The notes beneath the pieces were generated by a model that saw nothing but the letters and a program-made list of their open reading frames with translations, ran no database searches and had not been told where the DNA came from. Below, piece by piece: positions 28,409 to 41,785 of a stretch of DNA of 64,000 nucleotides (the first letter of the stretch is position 1; each line of letters begins with the position of its first letter). Source of the DNA: the human T2T-CHM13v2.0 reference genome, Homo sapiens; assembly GCF_009914755.1 (NCBI RefSeq), contig NC_060947.1; one strand, written 5' to 3'. Made by a program: the position numbers and the translations under genes.

Positions 28409-28712
28409 TGCTGAGGCTCAGAAAACAATGCCCCAAAATGAAAGCCTCAGAAGCAAAAGTTTTTCTCTGACCTTCTCCTACCTGCCAGTCTCTCAGTCCC
28501 ATTCTCCCCCGAGGCTAGCCATAAAAGCTAGAATCCCTCTTCCTCAAGGCGTGTCATATAAATCAAAACCCCTTTTTTCCAAAGCCAGCCTTAAACCTAA
28601 AAATATCACTCTGATTTTTCCTCTGCTTTTCTGTGTAAAAGCTGGCCATAAGGAAATTATCTGACCTACCTTGTTTGACTGTAGGTCATAAGACTCCCTT
28701 TCCAGAGAGGAT
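28409..28712 (+). mobile_element. ERV1 LTR fragment (MER39-like)
   Basis: GGCTCAGAAAACAATGCCCCAAAATGAAAGCCTCAGAAGCAAAAGTTTTTCTCTGACCTTCTCC. Confidence 0.7.
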
Positions 28713-30080
28713 CCAACACAACAGGTTTGGAAGTAGAAAAGGGCAAAGCATAATGATACCTAAATATCATATTTTACTCTGCTGTATTAAGACAGTGGAA
28801 ATAAGGAGCTGATGATAAAATGTCTCCATAACTGATGCATTAAAAACATATCCTTTTGTGCATAGCCCCAGTGTTTAATTATATGAAAGATATATTGTGA
28901 ACTTCCTTAAGTATCAATTAAGCTGCTGGACAGGCAGTGAGTCATAGCAGGCCAACACTAAAATATTCCAAATGTGCAGACTCAGCAAAGGAGAAAGCTA
29001 AACTAGCAAAAAGGGTCTCAGGCTCTCCTCCTATAAACAGGAACTCAACTTAGGACAAATTCAACATTCCATAGCCTTCACATCTGGCTCCTCTTTATAT
29101 CAGTGTTTGATTAGATACCTTTCCAAGGCAATTGTCTAAAAAACAAGAACCCATAAATACCATTCACAGAAACAGGCATCATAGGAAATTATTGAGATGA
29201 GGAATCAAATGGGATTTTCCCTCCCAAATCACAGGGAGCTAGCAGTATACCAGTTTCTGAAAGAAAAGGTAAGGGCATACTTCCCAATCACTCCATACTT
29301 TGCTTGGGAAAGGAAAAGAGGGCAAAGGGGAAAGAGAAAGAAGTGGTTAAAGGGTAACGTTAACCTTGATGTCCCAGACAGTTTCAGTTTCAAAATTCAT
29401 GCTCTACCAATCTGTCACCCCTTCTAGTTTCATTTGAAGGTAGCATATACTTCATTGCTCAACTTCAAAGTTATTGTGTCATGAAAATGTCTGTCTGGAA
29501 CTTTCTATCAGAAAAATATTTTCAAATAAATTCTTCACCAAGATGCCTGTGGGCCAGCAGTCATTTTCTCCCATTTAAGAGTTGAGGAAATCCATAGAAA
29601 ATGGCTTTGCCCAAGGTTGAGTTGTGATTAGCCAGTCATTAATTGGTAATTAGCATATATGCCATACTTAGATTACCAATTTTCACAGAAAGAGAGCACA
29701 ATAAAATATATCTAACAATGCACATTACTGAAAATATTTTTAATTGATGATTTAGAAGACATCTGATTGTTTTAGAGTACTTCGATTATCATAACAAGCA
29801 TTAATTTATAGTTGAAATAGAAAAACGTCAAAGATAGGAAATTACTTTGAGGTTATATGAACTTTATGATGTTTCTATCATTGTTTTTTAATAAGACTAC
29901 TCATTTTTAACATTGCTTTTTTAGATCAGCCAATAATTTTATTATATTTAATTTTTTCTATTTTTTATTTATTTTTCCATAGGTTATTGGGGTACAGGAG
30001 GTATTTGGTTACATGAGTAAGTTATTTAGTGATGATTTGTGAGATTTTGGTGCACCCATCACCCAAGCAGTATACACTGA

Positions 30081-30464
<384 letters not shown>

Positions 30465-30580
30465 CATTGTATCATTCTTATGCCTTTGCGTCCTCATAGC
30501 TTAGCTTCCACGTATCTGTGAGAACATGCAATGTTTGGTTTTCCATTCTTGAGTTACTTCACTTAGAATAATAGTCTCCA

Positions 30581-30876
30581 GCCGGGCACGGTGGCTAAGC
30601 CTGTAATGACAGCACTTTTGGGAGGCCAAGGTGGGCGGATCACGAGGTCAGGAGATCAAGACCATCCTGGCTAACACGGTGAAACCCCGTCTCTACTAAA
30701 AATACAAAAAAATTAGCCAGGTGTGGTGGCAGGCGCCTGTAGACCCAGCCACTCAGGAGGCTGAGGCAGGAGAATGGCATGAACCCGGGAGGCGGAGCTT
30801 GCACTGAGCCGAGATCGCACCACTGCACTCCAGCCTGGGCGACAGAGCAAGACTCTGTCTCAAAAAAAAAAAAGAA
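30581..30876 (+). mobile_element. AluY
   Basis: TSD AGAATAATAGTCTCCA at 30565-30580 and 30877-30892. Confidence 0.95.
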
Positions 30877-30957
30877 AGAATAATAGTCTCCAATCTCATC
30901 CATGTTACTGCAAATGCCATTAATTCGTTCCTTTTTATGACTGAGTAGTATTCCATC

Positions 30958-31127
30958 ATACATATGTGTGTGTATATATATGCGTATATATGTATATATG
31001 TGTATATATGTATATGTGTATATGTATGTATATATTATATATGTATGTGTGTATATATATCCGTGTATATATGTGTGTATACGTATGTGTGTCTATATAT
31101 GTGCATATATATATGTGTGTGTGTGTA

Positions 31128-31174
<47 letters not shown>
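30958..31174. repeat. Compound (TA)n/(TG)n microsatellite
   Basis: About 215 bp of nearly continuous purine-pyrimidine alternation. Confidence 0.95.
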
Positions 31175-31180
<6 letters not shown>

Positions 31181-31799
31181 CAGTTTCTTTATCCACTGGT
31201 TGATTAATGGGCATTTGGGTTGGTTCCATGATTTTGCAATTGTGAAGTGTGCTGCTATAAATATGCGTGTGCAAGTATCTCTTTCGTATAATGACTTCTT
31301 TTCCTCTGGGTAGATACCCAGTAGTGGGATTGCTGGATCAAATAGTAGTTCCACTTTTAGTTCTTTAAGGAATCTCCACACTCTTTTCCATAGTAGCTGT
31401 ACTAGTTTACTTTCCCACCAGCAGTGTAGAAGTGTTCCCTGATCACCACATCCATGCCAACATCTACTGTTTTTTGATGTTTTGATTACTGCCATACTTG
31501 CAGGAGTAAGGTAGTATCGCATTGTGGTTTTGATTTGCATTTCCCTGTAGATCAGCCAATAATTTTAAATTCCTGAGACACTCAAATTTATGCAGTCTAT
31601 AGTATACTATATATACCATGCTCTATGAGGGATATAAATGAAGTAGAAAATATACTCCCTATTTCCAAAGAAAGATGAGACACCCAAAATACATAAGCCC
31701 TAACATAGGAACTTATACACAACTCACTACAGTTGTATATGCTGTGTGCATGTGTGCGTGCGCTCACACACACACAGACACACACTCTAAGAGGTATAG

Positions 31800-32320
<521 letters not shown>

Positions 32321-33158
32321 TCAAATTATCACATGCTTAGAAGAGGGGGTGCGGGGAGAAGGGAACAGCACAGCAAATAAACAAATCCAAACACACTCGT
32401 CTGTCACTTCAATTTAGGCCCAGGCTAGGTTGAAAAGGAAAAAGTATAATACCTCTCTCATCACAAATTTTTACCCCTCATGTGAATCCTGTGTAGAGAT
32501 TCCTTATTTCGTGCCTTACACTTCCCTCACATCGACCCCACTGAGGCTAGAGCTGCCACTCTTCCCTACACCCTTCCCTAAGCCCAGCCTCCTCAAAGAG
32601 CAACATCAAAGTAACTCTGACGTCCCAAGCCAGAGACCTTGCAGTAATTATAATGTATCCCTGTCACCCACTCCAGCTCTTTTGTTGCCAAATCTTTTCT
32701 CTTCTAAACCTTCCCCACCGGATTATTTCTTAGATCATTTGTTACAACTTCCTCCCTGCTGAAGTTCCCAGGTTGGAGATGGAAACTAACATAAAATGCT
32801 TATAGACAAAGTTTGTTTTTCACTCACAGATTTCATTAATGCCATTTCCTTTCCTGAGAGTCTACAATAGCTACTTACTTACTACATTAAGGATCAGGCC
32901 TAAGTCGCATTCAAAACATCCTGATTCAAACCACCTTAAACTACCACCTTGTATCTCTTTTCTCCTCCCACTACCCTACCTACCACTCTTGCTTTTCTCA
33001 GGCATTTTAGTTTCATGCTCTGTTTGTCCAGTCATCCCATCTCCTTTACAGACTTGTCTCTCACTGATTTGAAGACATTTTTCAAATCCCATTTTCCTCT
33101 TGCCCAAACATGGAATCTAAATTCTCTCTACTTCATTCTATGCCTGTATAAATTAATA

Positions 33159-33455
33159 CTGTCGTTCCTTGGTATTTGTGGGGGATTGGCTCCAAGACCT
33201 CCATGGATACCAAAGTCCTCGAATGCTCAAGTCCCTGATATAATATGAAGTAGTATTTGTATATAACCTACACACATCCTTATTTATACTTTAAGTCATC
33301 TCTAGATTACTATTTATAATACCTAACACAATGTAAATGCTATGCAAATAGTTGTTATATTGTATTTTTTTATTTGTATTATTTCTTATTGTTGTATTAT
33401 TTTTTGCAGTGGTTTTTCCATATGCTTTTTATCCACGGATATGGAGAGCTGACTG
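33159..33455. mobile_element. MER2 (TcMar-Tigger DNA transposon)
   Basis: TA-CTGTCGTTCCTTGGTAT..GGATATGGAGAGCTGACTG-TA termini with TA TSD. Confidence 0.8.
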
Positions 33456-35764
33456 TATATCACTCAATGCACACACTCATTACACATGATTTTAACGTGT
33501 TAAGTTCTAAAAGAAAATGGCCCATATCCTCTCCCATTTTGCTCTGTCTAGAACCTGGCACCGTATCTAAAGCATATATGTGGCCTTTAGATGTTGTGTG
33601 TGTGTGTGTGTTTTAACTGAGGCCAATGAGAAAGAAGACGGGGAAGAAGACAGAAGAAAAAGAAGAGGCTGTAAAAGAGCACAGTTACAAAGCCCAGTCA
33701 GAATATTATTACAAAAAGTTGGCCTTGAGTTCTGTTCAAATTTAGGATACAAGTTCTCATTTTACTTAAATTCATTTTTTTATTCCTCATCTTTTGACAC
33801 AGTTGAATTCCATAAGTGTAAGGAATTCCTCTAATCCCAGAATGATCAAAAGCATAGATGATTGTCCACAGCTCGATTATTTCCATTATATGAATGCAGA
33901 CATTTGGCATTTTCATCTCAATTTTCAATGATTCTATGCATAAAAAAGAAAAAATGCCAAAAAGCACATCTGCCATGAAATCACAAGAAATACCATATTA
34001 CCTTTCAGATTCTTTGGGGATCTAAATTCCAATCAAGAAAAGTCAGGTAAGGCAAAGCCATCCATTGCTCCCACTCAGCATAAGGATACTATGCATTAGT
34101 GTGCTCAGCACCTTCCTGCACACCTAAAATGGCTCTTTGGCAGGAATAGGGGCAAGGGAAATCTATTTTGAGTCTTTATATATAAGGCTCACTGTCTGGC
34201 TGAGTCCAAAACTGTCACTTTGGCTCCTAGAGTCTAACGCTGAAAGCTTACTGAGATAAATATGGACCTTCTCATTCAGGCTGTCAGGAAATGCGTGGAT
34301 CTATTTTATTTATACCCTTAAAAATGATTTCATTTTGGCTTTCCTTCTTTGAAGAAGTTTAATTCTGGGGCTTAATTTTGCTGACAGAATGCTGTTCCCT
34401 AACAAGAAAGAAAAGTATTTCCATATTAAAAAACAGGTATAAATGTATACACAAAAAATACTGTCCCTGGCATTCCAAAGTCCTGCTCCTAAGTCTCCTC
34501 TACTATCTTTAATCAATTTGCATGAAAGCTCCTTACCCAATGACTACATCGATCATTTATTTAGATCAATATTCAGTTCTGGCATTTGTAACCCAATGAC
34601 TGGATAGTCACTTGTCTACTTACTGTTTTGAGATTGGCATTCCATTGTCTATCTTCTCTTCCATTCTCTTAACTTCACACTCAGGCCTATCGTCCTTGCT
34701 AAAGGGGGTTCAGAAAGAGAGAGGCAGAATGAACCAAAGGAAATAGAGCAAGCCACAATAAATTCCTCAACCAAAACAAACTAACAACAACAAAAAAACC
34801 CAGCATCTCCATAGTCCTGAGATGACCTCTGCCTGACAGTGATATTAATATATTGTTTATATTTATCCTTCTCTGCTGATGCTATCATTTGCCATTCTGA
34901 ATGTTCCACTGACAGCAGTAATTCTACTGGTCTTATGGAGATGTTGCTTTCTAAAACACAATTCAGGCTCACACTCATATCAGTCACCAGTGAGCCAAAA
35001 GCAAGACACCTGCCAAGGGCAAGGGATTTAGGGTACAGGCCCCAGCCATAGTTGAGCTGCTGAAGTAGAGAGTAAAAAAGCAGCAGTGCGACTATTTAGA
35101 AATAAAACACAAGGATTTGAGCTTGTTTATTTTGCAAAGGATCCATGTTGCCTATCAACTCACAAATTCACTGTGTCCACTGAAATTTGTTCTTAAGGAT
35201 GGGGGTTATCTCTACACAGCAATATTGTTCCAGCCTTGTGTATCTGGTGAGCCACCGTAATGTAAATCTTCCATGTTCCCAATAATAGCTTTCAATGTTT
35301 GGGTTATGCTAAATCATATCATGCTGAAATCAGAATGGTTTGTGGTTGACCTTTTCATATTTCCTGTTCCTCCAAACTACTTCTCTTTTTGAGAGTTTCT
35401 TCTTACCAGGGCATGTCAATCTAGGGTAACTGTTAAACTAACATGATCAACAAGATATGAAGAACCCAGAAACCTGCTAGAAACTATGGCATGACAGATG
35501 GAAAATAGGTTATCCTCTTTGTTGTCTAGGCATTTACAAAATACTTGGCATGATAAAAACTGTGCTTTGTAAACAATTAAGAAAGTGTAAGACAGAATTC
35601 TTTTCAGGATTCAGGAGAACAAGAATTCTTCATATGCTCTCAGAGACCAAGAACTTCTGTCCCTCAAAAACCAACAGTGATGGTTTTCTCAGAATCAGCC
35701 TATCAGTTATATCAACTCAAAAATCTGCAAAGCCCTGATTTCCCAAAGATATTAGTCTTACTGT

Positions 35765-36200
35765 TAAAATCAAGTTCAGCTGCATATGAAAGGAAATCCT
35801 AAAATGATGTAACTTAAACAAAGTAGAAGTAGATAATCTAGGTTGTCCAGTCAACTGACCCATGTACCTATCTTTCTGTTCTTCTATCCTCAGTATGTAG
35901 TTTTCATCCTCAAGGTCACCTCATGGTCAAGGATAACTCTAGTTCTAGCCATCGTGTCTACATTCTAGATTGGCTTCAGAAAGAAGCTGGACACCACAAA
36001 AGCACACCCCCTAACTTTTAGGGAGACTTCCACTTACACGTCATAAGCCTGAACTTAGTCATATGGCCAAACATAGCTTCAAAGGAGACTGGTAGCATTC
36101 TTTGTTCTGGGTGCATTATCACTTCAAATGAAATCAAGATTCTGTCACTGAGGAAGAAGGCGAGAAGACATGCTGGAGGAGGTAATTGGCAATCTTGGCA
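35765..36200 (-). mobile_element. Old MLT1 (J/K-like) LTR fragment
   Basis: TTCAGCTGCATAT..AACTTAAACAA..CCTCATGGTCAAG..ACTTAGTCATATGGCC. Confidence 0.55.
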
Positions 36201-38534
36201 ACATCTAGTAACTTGTCACAGGATCTAGGATCCCTACTATTAAAAAGTTAATGCCTTTTGTATTAAGTTGCTGTCCCTCAAATTCTCGTTAAATGTAAAT
36301 ATATTACTCGGAAAGTGATAAAACATTAACAAATTAAGGCCCATTCTCATACGATCACAAACCAATCGATGAGATGAACATTTTCTCTGAAGAATGAGAG
36401 CATAAATAAAGAGAACTAAAAACCCTACTTGAAAAATAAATAAAGGATAGGTTAAAGGAAAGCATCTAGAGGACTCTGTAAAATCAAGACACTACAGGTC
36501 AAAAGGCTAAGGGTGGGGAGGGAGCCAAAACCAATTTTGCTTACATCACAATTTTGCTGCAGACAGACCCCACACTTCTGGGTTGATATAATGGTACGGA
36601 GTTGCTACAGTCTGCAGATAATACCCAAAGATATTATATCACAAGGCAAACAATTCCATTTATTATCTTTTGCAAGATTTTTGTTTTTCATTTTTACCAA
36701 CCAAGAGGGAAAAGTGGTACTAGGAGATGTAGGGCTGGTTGGAAAAAGGAAAGAAAAAAATCTTTCTAATAACTATAGCTCTTGCTCTCGAATCAAAATA
36801 GAGCACCATTTTGAAAAAAAGTATGACAGGTTTTTCTTTTCAAAAATCCTCGTTAGTTTTTGGAGTAAGACCTTTGTAAAATGAATATTATTCATCAAAG
36901 GGATTTTGATTTGACAGACTTAAATTGACTAGAGAAAGTTCAAGTTCTACATTATGGGGAATCAAAATGTCTCTAGCAGAACAGAGTAAGTTTCATGACA
37001 CATCATACACTAAGCAGATGTGAGAATCTTAGGCCAGTAAAAACAAGTTCTATTTTACTGTCACCCAGGGAAATTTCCCTTTTCTTTTGAGTAGACAATA
37101 ATCCACACTTATTTTTCTAAATCTTGATTTTTTGCACTATCAGTGGATCCCATCAGTCATGGCAATGAATATGGCTTTGGAGATAATAAAAGGCTGTAAC
37201 CAATTTATAGACCAATCCCAAGAGCGTAAACTTTTATATTCAGAGAAACTACAATGACAATTTAGGCCACCAGAGAAAAAATAAAGAAAAAAAATATTAG
37301 TTTGAAACTTGTTCACAGTTTTCAGGCCAATGAACACAGACTGATTCCCTACAACACATTCATTCTGAGCACTCAATAAATATTAACCAACATTCCCCAG
37401 TGTTTTGACCCAATATTACATTTAGGCATCTTAAGAATGAAGCCCACTTTAAGTACTGAGAGATTGCTTCACAGAAATTTTATTTGTCTTGATATTCGAT
37501 CAAATTATTTTTATGCTAAACCTTCTTTACCCAGTGTCTACATTTTATTAATCAACTGGTCCTTCACTTTAAGCTTATGAGAAGTTGTACAGAAAACACT
37601 GAGAAAAGTTTTCTTTCATTTGAGGGTATTATTATCATGGTCGCAGATATTTTGACTTTGGGGACTTGAGGGAAGGTAAGGGAAAGCTAATCCATGTTTC
37701 AGCTTTTCCCCAAAGCCTCCAAACTATTGCCCATCCAGTTTCCTTTTAGATGATAATTAAGCAGTCTGCTGGAGCTGAGAAAAAAACACCTCAAACTGCA
37801 GAAAATTGAAATCTATCTTTTATCAGGCATGCAAGTATTTCCCTCCAGGTGTCTAATTCCACATTCCAAAGCACGTTGTTTTCAAAAACAGAGTAATTCA
37901 ACATCTCACAATTTTTCTTACACATTTCTGTACATTTCACACCCTGTTCCAACGTGTTCAATTGGAGTGCAGGTTACTCATGAAAGAAGTGCTCTATTTC
38001 ATTTCATGGAGTGACATGTCTAGGAGACCATATTTTTCAGTTATAGAAGTTTTAGATGGGTTTCATTCTATGTCATCTTTGAAAAATGAGTAATCCCACC
38101 CCAAGGGTCACATTCCTACCCCACGCAGAAGTAGCCCTTGTCTCTAATTATCCAACCAGAAGGATAAGATTTCCATATCAAAGAGAAAAAAGACCATCAC
38201 AGACTTCTTTGTTATACAAAGCTTAACATCAATAGACTGACTGTGCTCTCTACTGGTAAAATCAAGAGCTACAACTAGCATCAAAATTTTACTTTATGAA
38301 AACCTTATGGAAATAGGAATTCAAAAATTGTTTACTGTGCCCAGAAATAGGATTTCTTGCCAACTGAGTTCAAAAATTACAAGAAAAGATTATTCTTTAG
38401 CCTGAGAGCAGAGGCAAGTGTAGTCAGAGCAGCCCCAGGATCAAGGTGAATACAGATTCATATACTAGTACCATTTGATATCATTGTCAATGTGTTACTA
38501 GTTGCTTAATGTGTTCTGACCAAACACAATGGTC

Positions 38535-38732
38535 CAGTGGTTCTCAAATTTTAGTCTGTTATCAGAAGCTCCTGGGTTGCCTGTGAAAAATACACAGACT
38601 TAGATCTGAGGTACGGAAATTCTGATTCTGCAGCTTTGGGATGAAGCTCTGGAATTTGCAGTTTATCAATTCCTCCCTCCCCTGGTGATTCTGGTGCAAG
38701 TGGCCCAAGGAATACATTTTGAATAACATTGA
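38535..38732. mobile_element. MER5A-like hAT element
   Basis: CAGTGGTTCTCAAA..GGTGATTCTG..TTTGAATAACATTG. Confidence 0.75.
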
Positions 38733-38768
38733 TAGATTTTGCAAAACATAGATTTTGCAAAACACCCT

Positions 38769-39871
38769 TGTCAGATGTGCCTGAACCACAGGAACTCCAT
38801 CTTGAATAGGGACTGTGTAAAATAAGGCTAAGACCTGCTGGGGGGCATTCCCAATAAGTTAAGGCATTCTTAGCCACAGGATGAGACAGGTGGTCGGCAC
38901 AAGATACAGGTCATGAAGACCTTGCTGATAAAACAGTTTGCAGTAAAGAAGCCAGCCAAAACCCACCAACACCAAGATGGCGACGAGCGTGAACTCTGGT
39001 CTTCCTCACTGCTACACTCTCACCAGTGCCATGACAGTTTACAAATGCCATGGCAACATCAGGAAGTTACCCTATATGGCCTAAAAGGGGAGACATGAAT
39101 AATCCACCTCTTGTTTAGCACATAATCATGAAATAACCATAAAAATGGGCAACCAGTAGCCCTTGAGGCTGCTCTGCCTATGGAGTAGCCATTCTTTATT
39201 CCTTTACTTTATTAAACTTGCTTTCACTTTTCTCTATGGATTCGTTACAGGAAAGGGGTCCTAATCCAGATCCCAAGGGAAGATTATTGGATCTTGTGCA
39301 AGAAAGAATCCAGGCGAGTCTGCAGTGCAAAGTGAAAGCAAGTTTATTGAGAAAGTAAAGGAATAAAAGAATGGCTACTCCATGGACAGAGGAGCCCCAA
39401 GGGTGGCTGGTTGCCCATTTTTATGGTTATTTCTTGATGATATGTTAAACAAGGGGTGGATTATTCATGCCTCCCCTTATTAGACCATATAGGATAGATC
39501 CTGACATTGCCATGGCATTTGTAAACTGTCGTGGTGCTGGTGGTAGCGTAGCAGTAAGGACGACCAGAGGTCACTCGCGTCGCCATTTTGGTTTTGGTGG
39601 GTTTTGGTCGGCTCCTTTACTGCAACCTGTTTTATCAACAAAGTCTTTATGACCTGTATTTTGTGTTGACCTCCTATCTCATCCTGTGACTTAGAATGCT
39701 TTAACTGTCTGGGAATGCAGCCCAGTAGGTTTCAGCCTCATTTTACCCAGCTCCTATTCAAGATGGAGTTGCTCTGGTTCACACTCCTCTGACAGACTCG
39801 TCTCAAATTATTTATTGTGCGAGATCCAAGAACTCTCTTGGGGTCTAGATCAGGACCCCTTTCCAGTAACA
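38769..39871 (+). mobile_element. MER41A solo LTR (host), split at 39242/39795
   Basis: TGTCAGA..CTCCATCTTGAATAGG..CCCCTTTCCAGTAACA; TSD CCCT at 38765-38768 and 39872-39875. Confidence 0.9.
39243..39794 (-). mobile_element. MER41A solo LTR (nested, inverted)
   Basis: Complete reverse copy, 552 bp; TSD GATT/GACT at 39239-39242 and 39795-39798. Confidence 0.9.
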
Positions 39872-40059
39872 CCCTAATAGTGTGGTCAGAATAATTACAA
39901 ACTAGTATGTCAGCAACACCATCTTCAGAACTATGATCTCTCTGGCGGGACTGGAGGAAAGCCTTTGGTTTCCTTGCTCTCATAGGTGCCAGCTCTCTGC
40001 CTCCACCTGTCTTACTGACTCCTGTTTGGTGTTTGAGTGAAGGAAAGTATTTTTAATTA

Positions 40060-40300
40060 ATAGTAATAATAAAAGCTAACACTTACTGAATGCTTACTAT
40101 TTGCCCAGTACTAAGTGCTTTTCTTATATTAATGTAATCCTTATAGCAATCCTATGAATGAGGTAGAATTATTATTATTCCTATTTTACAGATAAAGAAA
40201 CGGAGACATTGCCCAAGATTACACACCCTGTTAAGTAGCAGAGCCAAGATATAGAAGGCAAGCAGGTCTGCTCCAGAGCTCATGTACCTAACCATTCTCT
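40060..40300 (-). mobile_element. MIR
   Basis: AGCTAACACTTACTGAATGCTTACTAT..ATTTTACAGATAAAGAAAC..TTGCCCAAGATTACAC. Confidence 0.8.
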
Positions 40301-40489
40301 ATACTAACTATATACATTTCAATGGGAAAATACGAGCCTTCTTTTCTTTGTGATTATATTTTGACTTTACCCACTGAGGTACAAAATTATTGAGTAGAAA
40401 AAAGGTTTTAAAATGTAGTCCTTTATCAGTGGCTTACTTGATCAAGTTCCGTTTCCCTGAATAGTGTGTGATCACAGCAATATCCACTA

Positions 40490-41110
40490 TTTCAGAGGCA
40501 TTCAAACCAGAATAACTCCATCTTGAATAGGGGATGGGTAAAATATGACTGAGACCTACAGGGCTGCATTCTCAGGAGGTTAGGTAGTCTTTGTCACAAG
40601 ATGAGATAGGAGGTCGGCAGGACTGGTATCCTGCTGATAAAACAGGATGCAGTGAAGAAGCCGGCCAAAACCCACCAAAACCAAGATGGCAACAAAAGTG
40701 ACCTCTCGTCGTCCTCATTGCTCATTATAAATTAATTATAATGCATTAGCATGCTAAGAGACATTTCCAGCAGCACCATGACCGTTTACAAATGCCATGG
40801 CAACGTCCAGAAGTTACCTTATATAGTCTAAAAAGGGCAGGACTCGGTTCAGGAAATTGCTTGCCCTTTCCCTGGAAAACTCATGTATAATCCACCCCTT
40901 GTTTAGCATATAATCAAGAAATAACAGTAGGTATAGTCAGTCAAGCAGTTCATGCTGCTGCTCTGTTTATGGAGTAGCCATTCTTTTGTTTCTTTACTTC
41001 TCTAATAAACTTGCTTTCACTTTACTCTGTGGACTCGCCCCAAATTCTTTCTTGTGAAAGCTCCGAAAACCCTCTCTTGGGGTCTGGATCAGGACCCCTT
41101 TCTGGTAACA
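40490..41110 (+). mobile_element. MER41B solo LTR
   Basis: MER41 termini plus the segments TAATTATAATGCATTAGCATGCTAA and 40835-40885 that are absent from the two A copies; TSD ACTA/GCTA. Confidence 0.88.
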
Positions 41111-41224
41111 GCTACAATGCTTTTATAATGCTTTCTGTGTTCCCTGCAAATTCATTGCCTCACTTAGATTTGGAAACTGACACATTAAGCAACTTTTCTG
41201 AAGTCACTAAGGAGTTGATGGCAG

Positions 41225-41785
41225 CAATGAAAGAACCCAGGGAATTTCACTTTGAAATATGTCACCCTGGTGTGTTGATTATTTTAAATTAAAGGCCCTT
41301 GAAGGTCAGTAGATGCTAGAAGAGGCTTTATTCCTTCATCCGAATTAAGACAGGACCGGCAAAAAAGAACATAATTGCCTTCCAGTTCTTCCCTGAAATT
41401 TCATTATCTATCCCAGAAAAGAAGACTGAGGAATACAGCCACACCTGGACAGACTTTTTCACAAAATATCTGTTTCTCAGGCTCATTCAAATTCCAAAGA
41501 ATCATTTACAAGTTAACTTTTGTCTCCCAGGCTCATTCATTCTCCCTAATAATTATTTACTACCCCTCAAAAGAATTGCCTATGTTCCCCATCTCCTCCT
41601 CCCTTATAAAGAAGGGTATATACACCTCCGGGCCTCATAGGTTATTGGGTAATCACATTTCGGTGATTTCCCCACCCTCTCATGCATGTTAAAGAAATTC
41701 TATATGACCTTTTCTCCCATTAATCTGTCTTTTGTCTGTTCATTTTCTGTGGCCCTTCAGATGGCTTTCCCTCTTCAACCCTACA
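41225..41785 (+). mobile_element. ERV1 LTR (MER34-like)
   Basis: AAATATG..GATTATTTTAAATTAAAGGC..TTTTCTCCCATTAATCTGTCTTTTGTC..CCCTACA. Confidence 0.6.

Noticed and set aside
30956-31540. 194-aa ORF, the longest in the track
   Set aside because: It is an L1 ORF2 C-terminal remnant running into the (TA/TG)n microsatellite.
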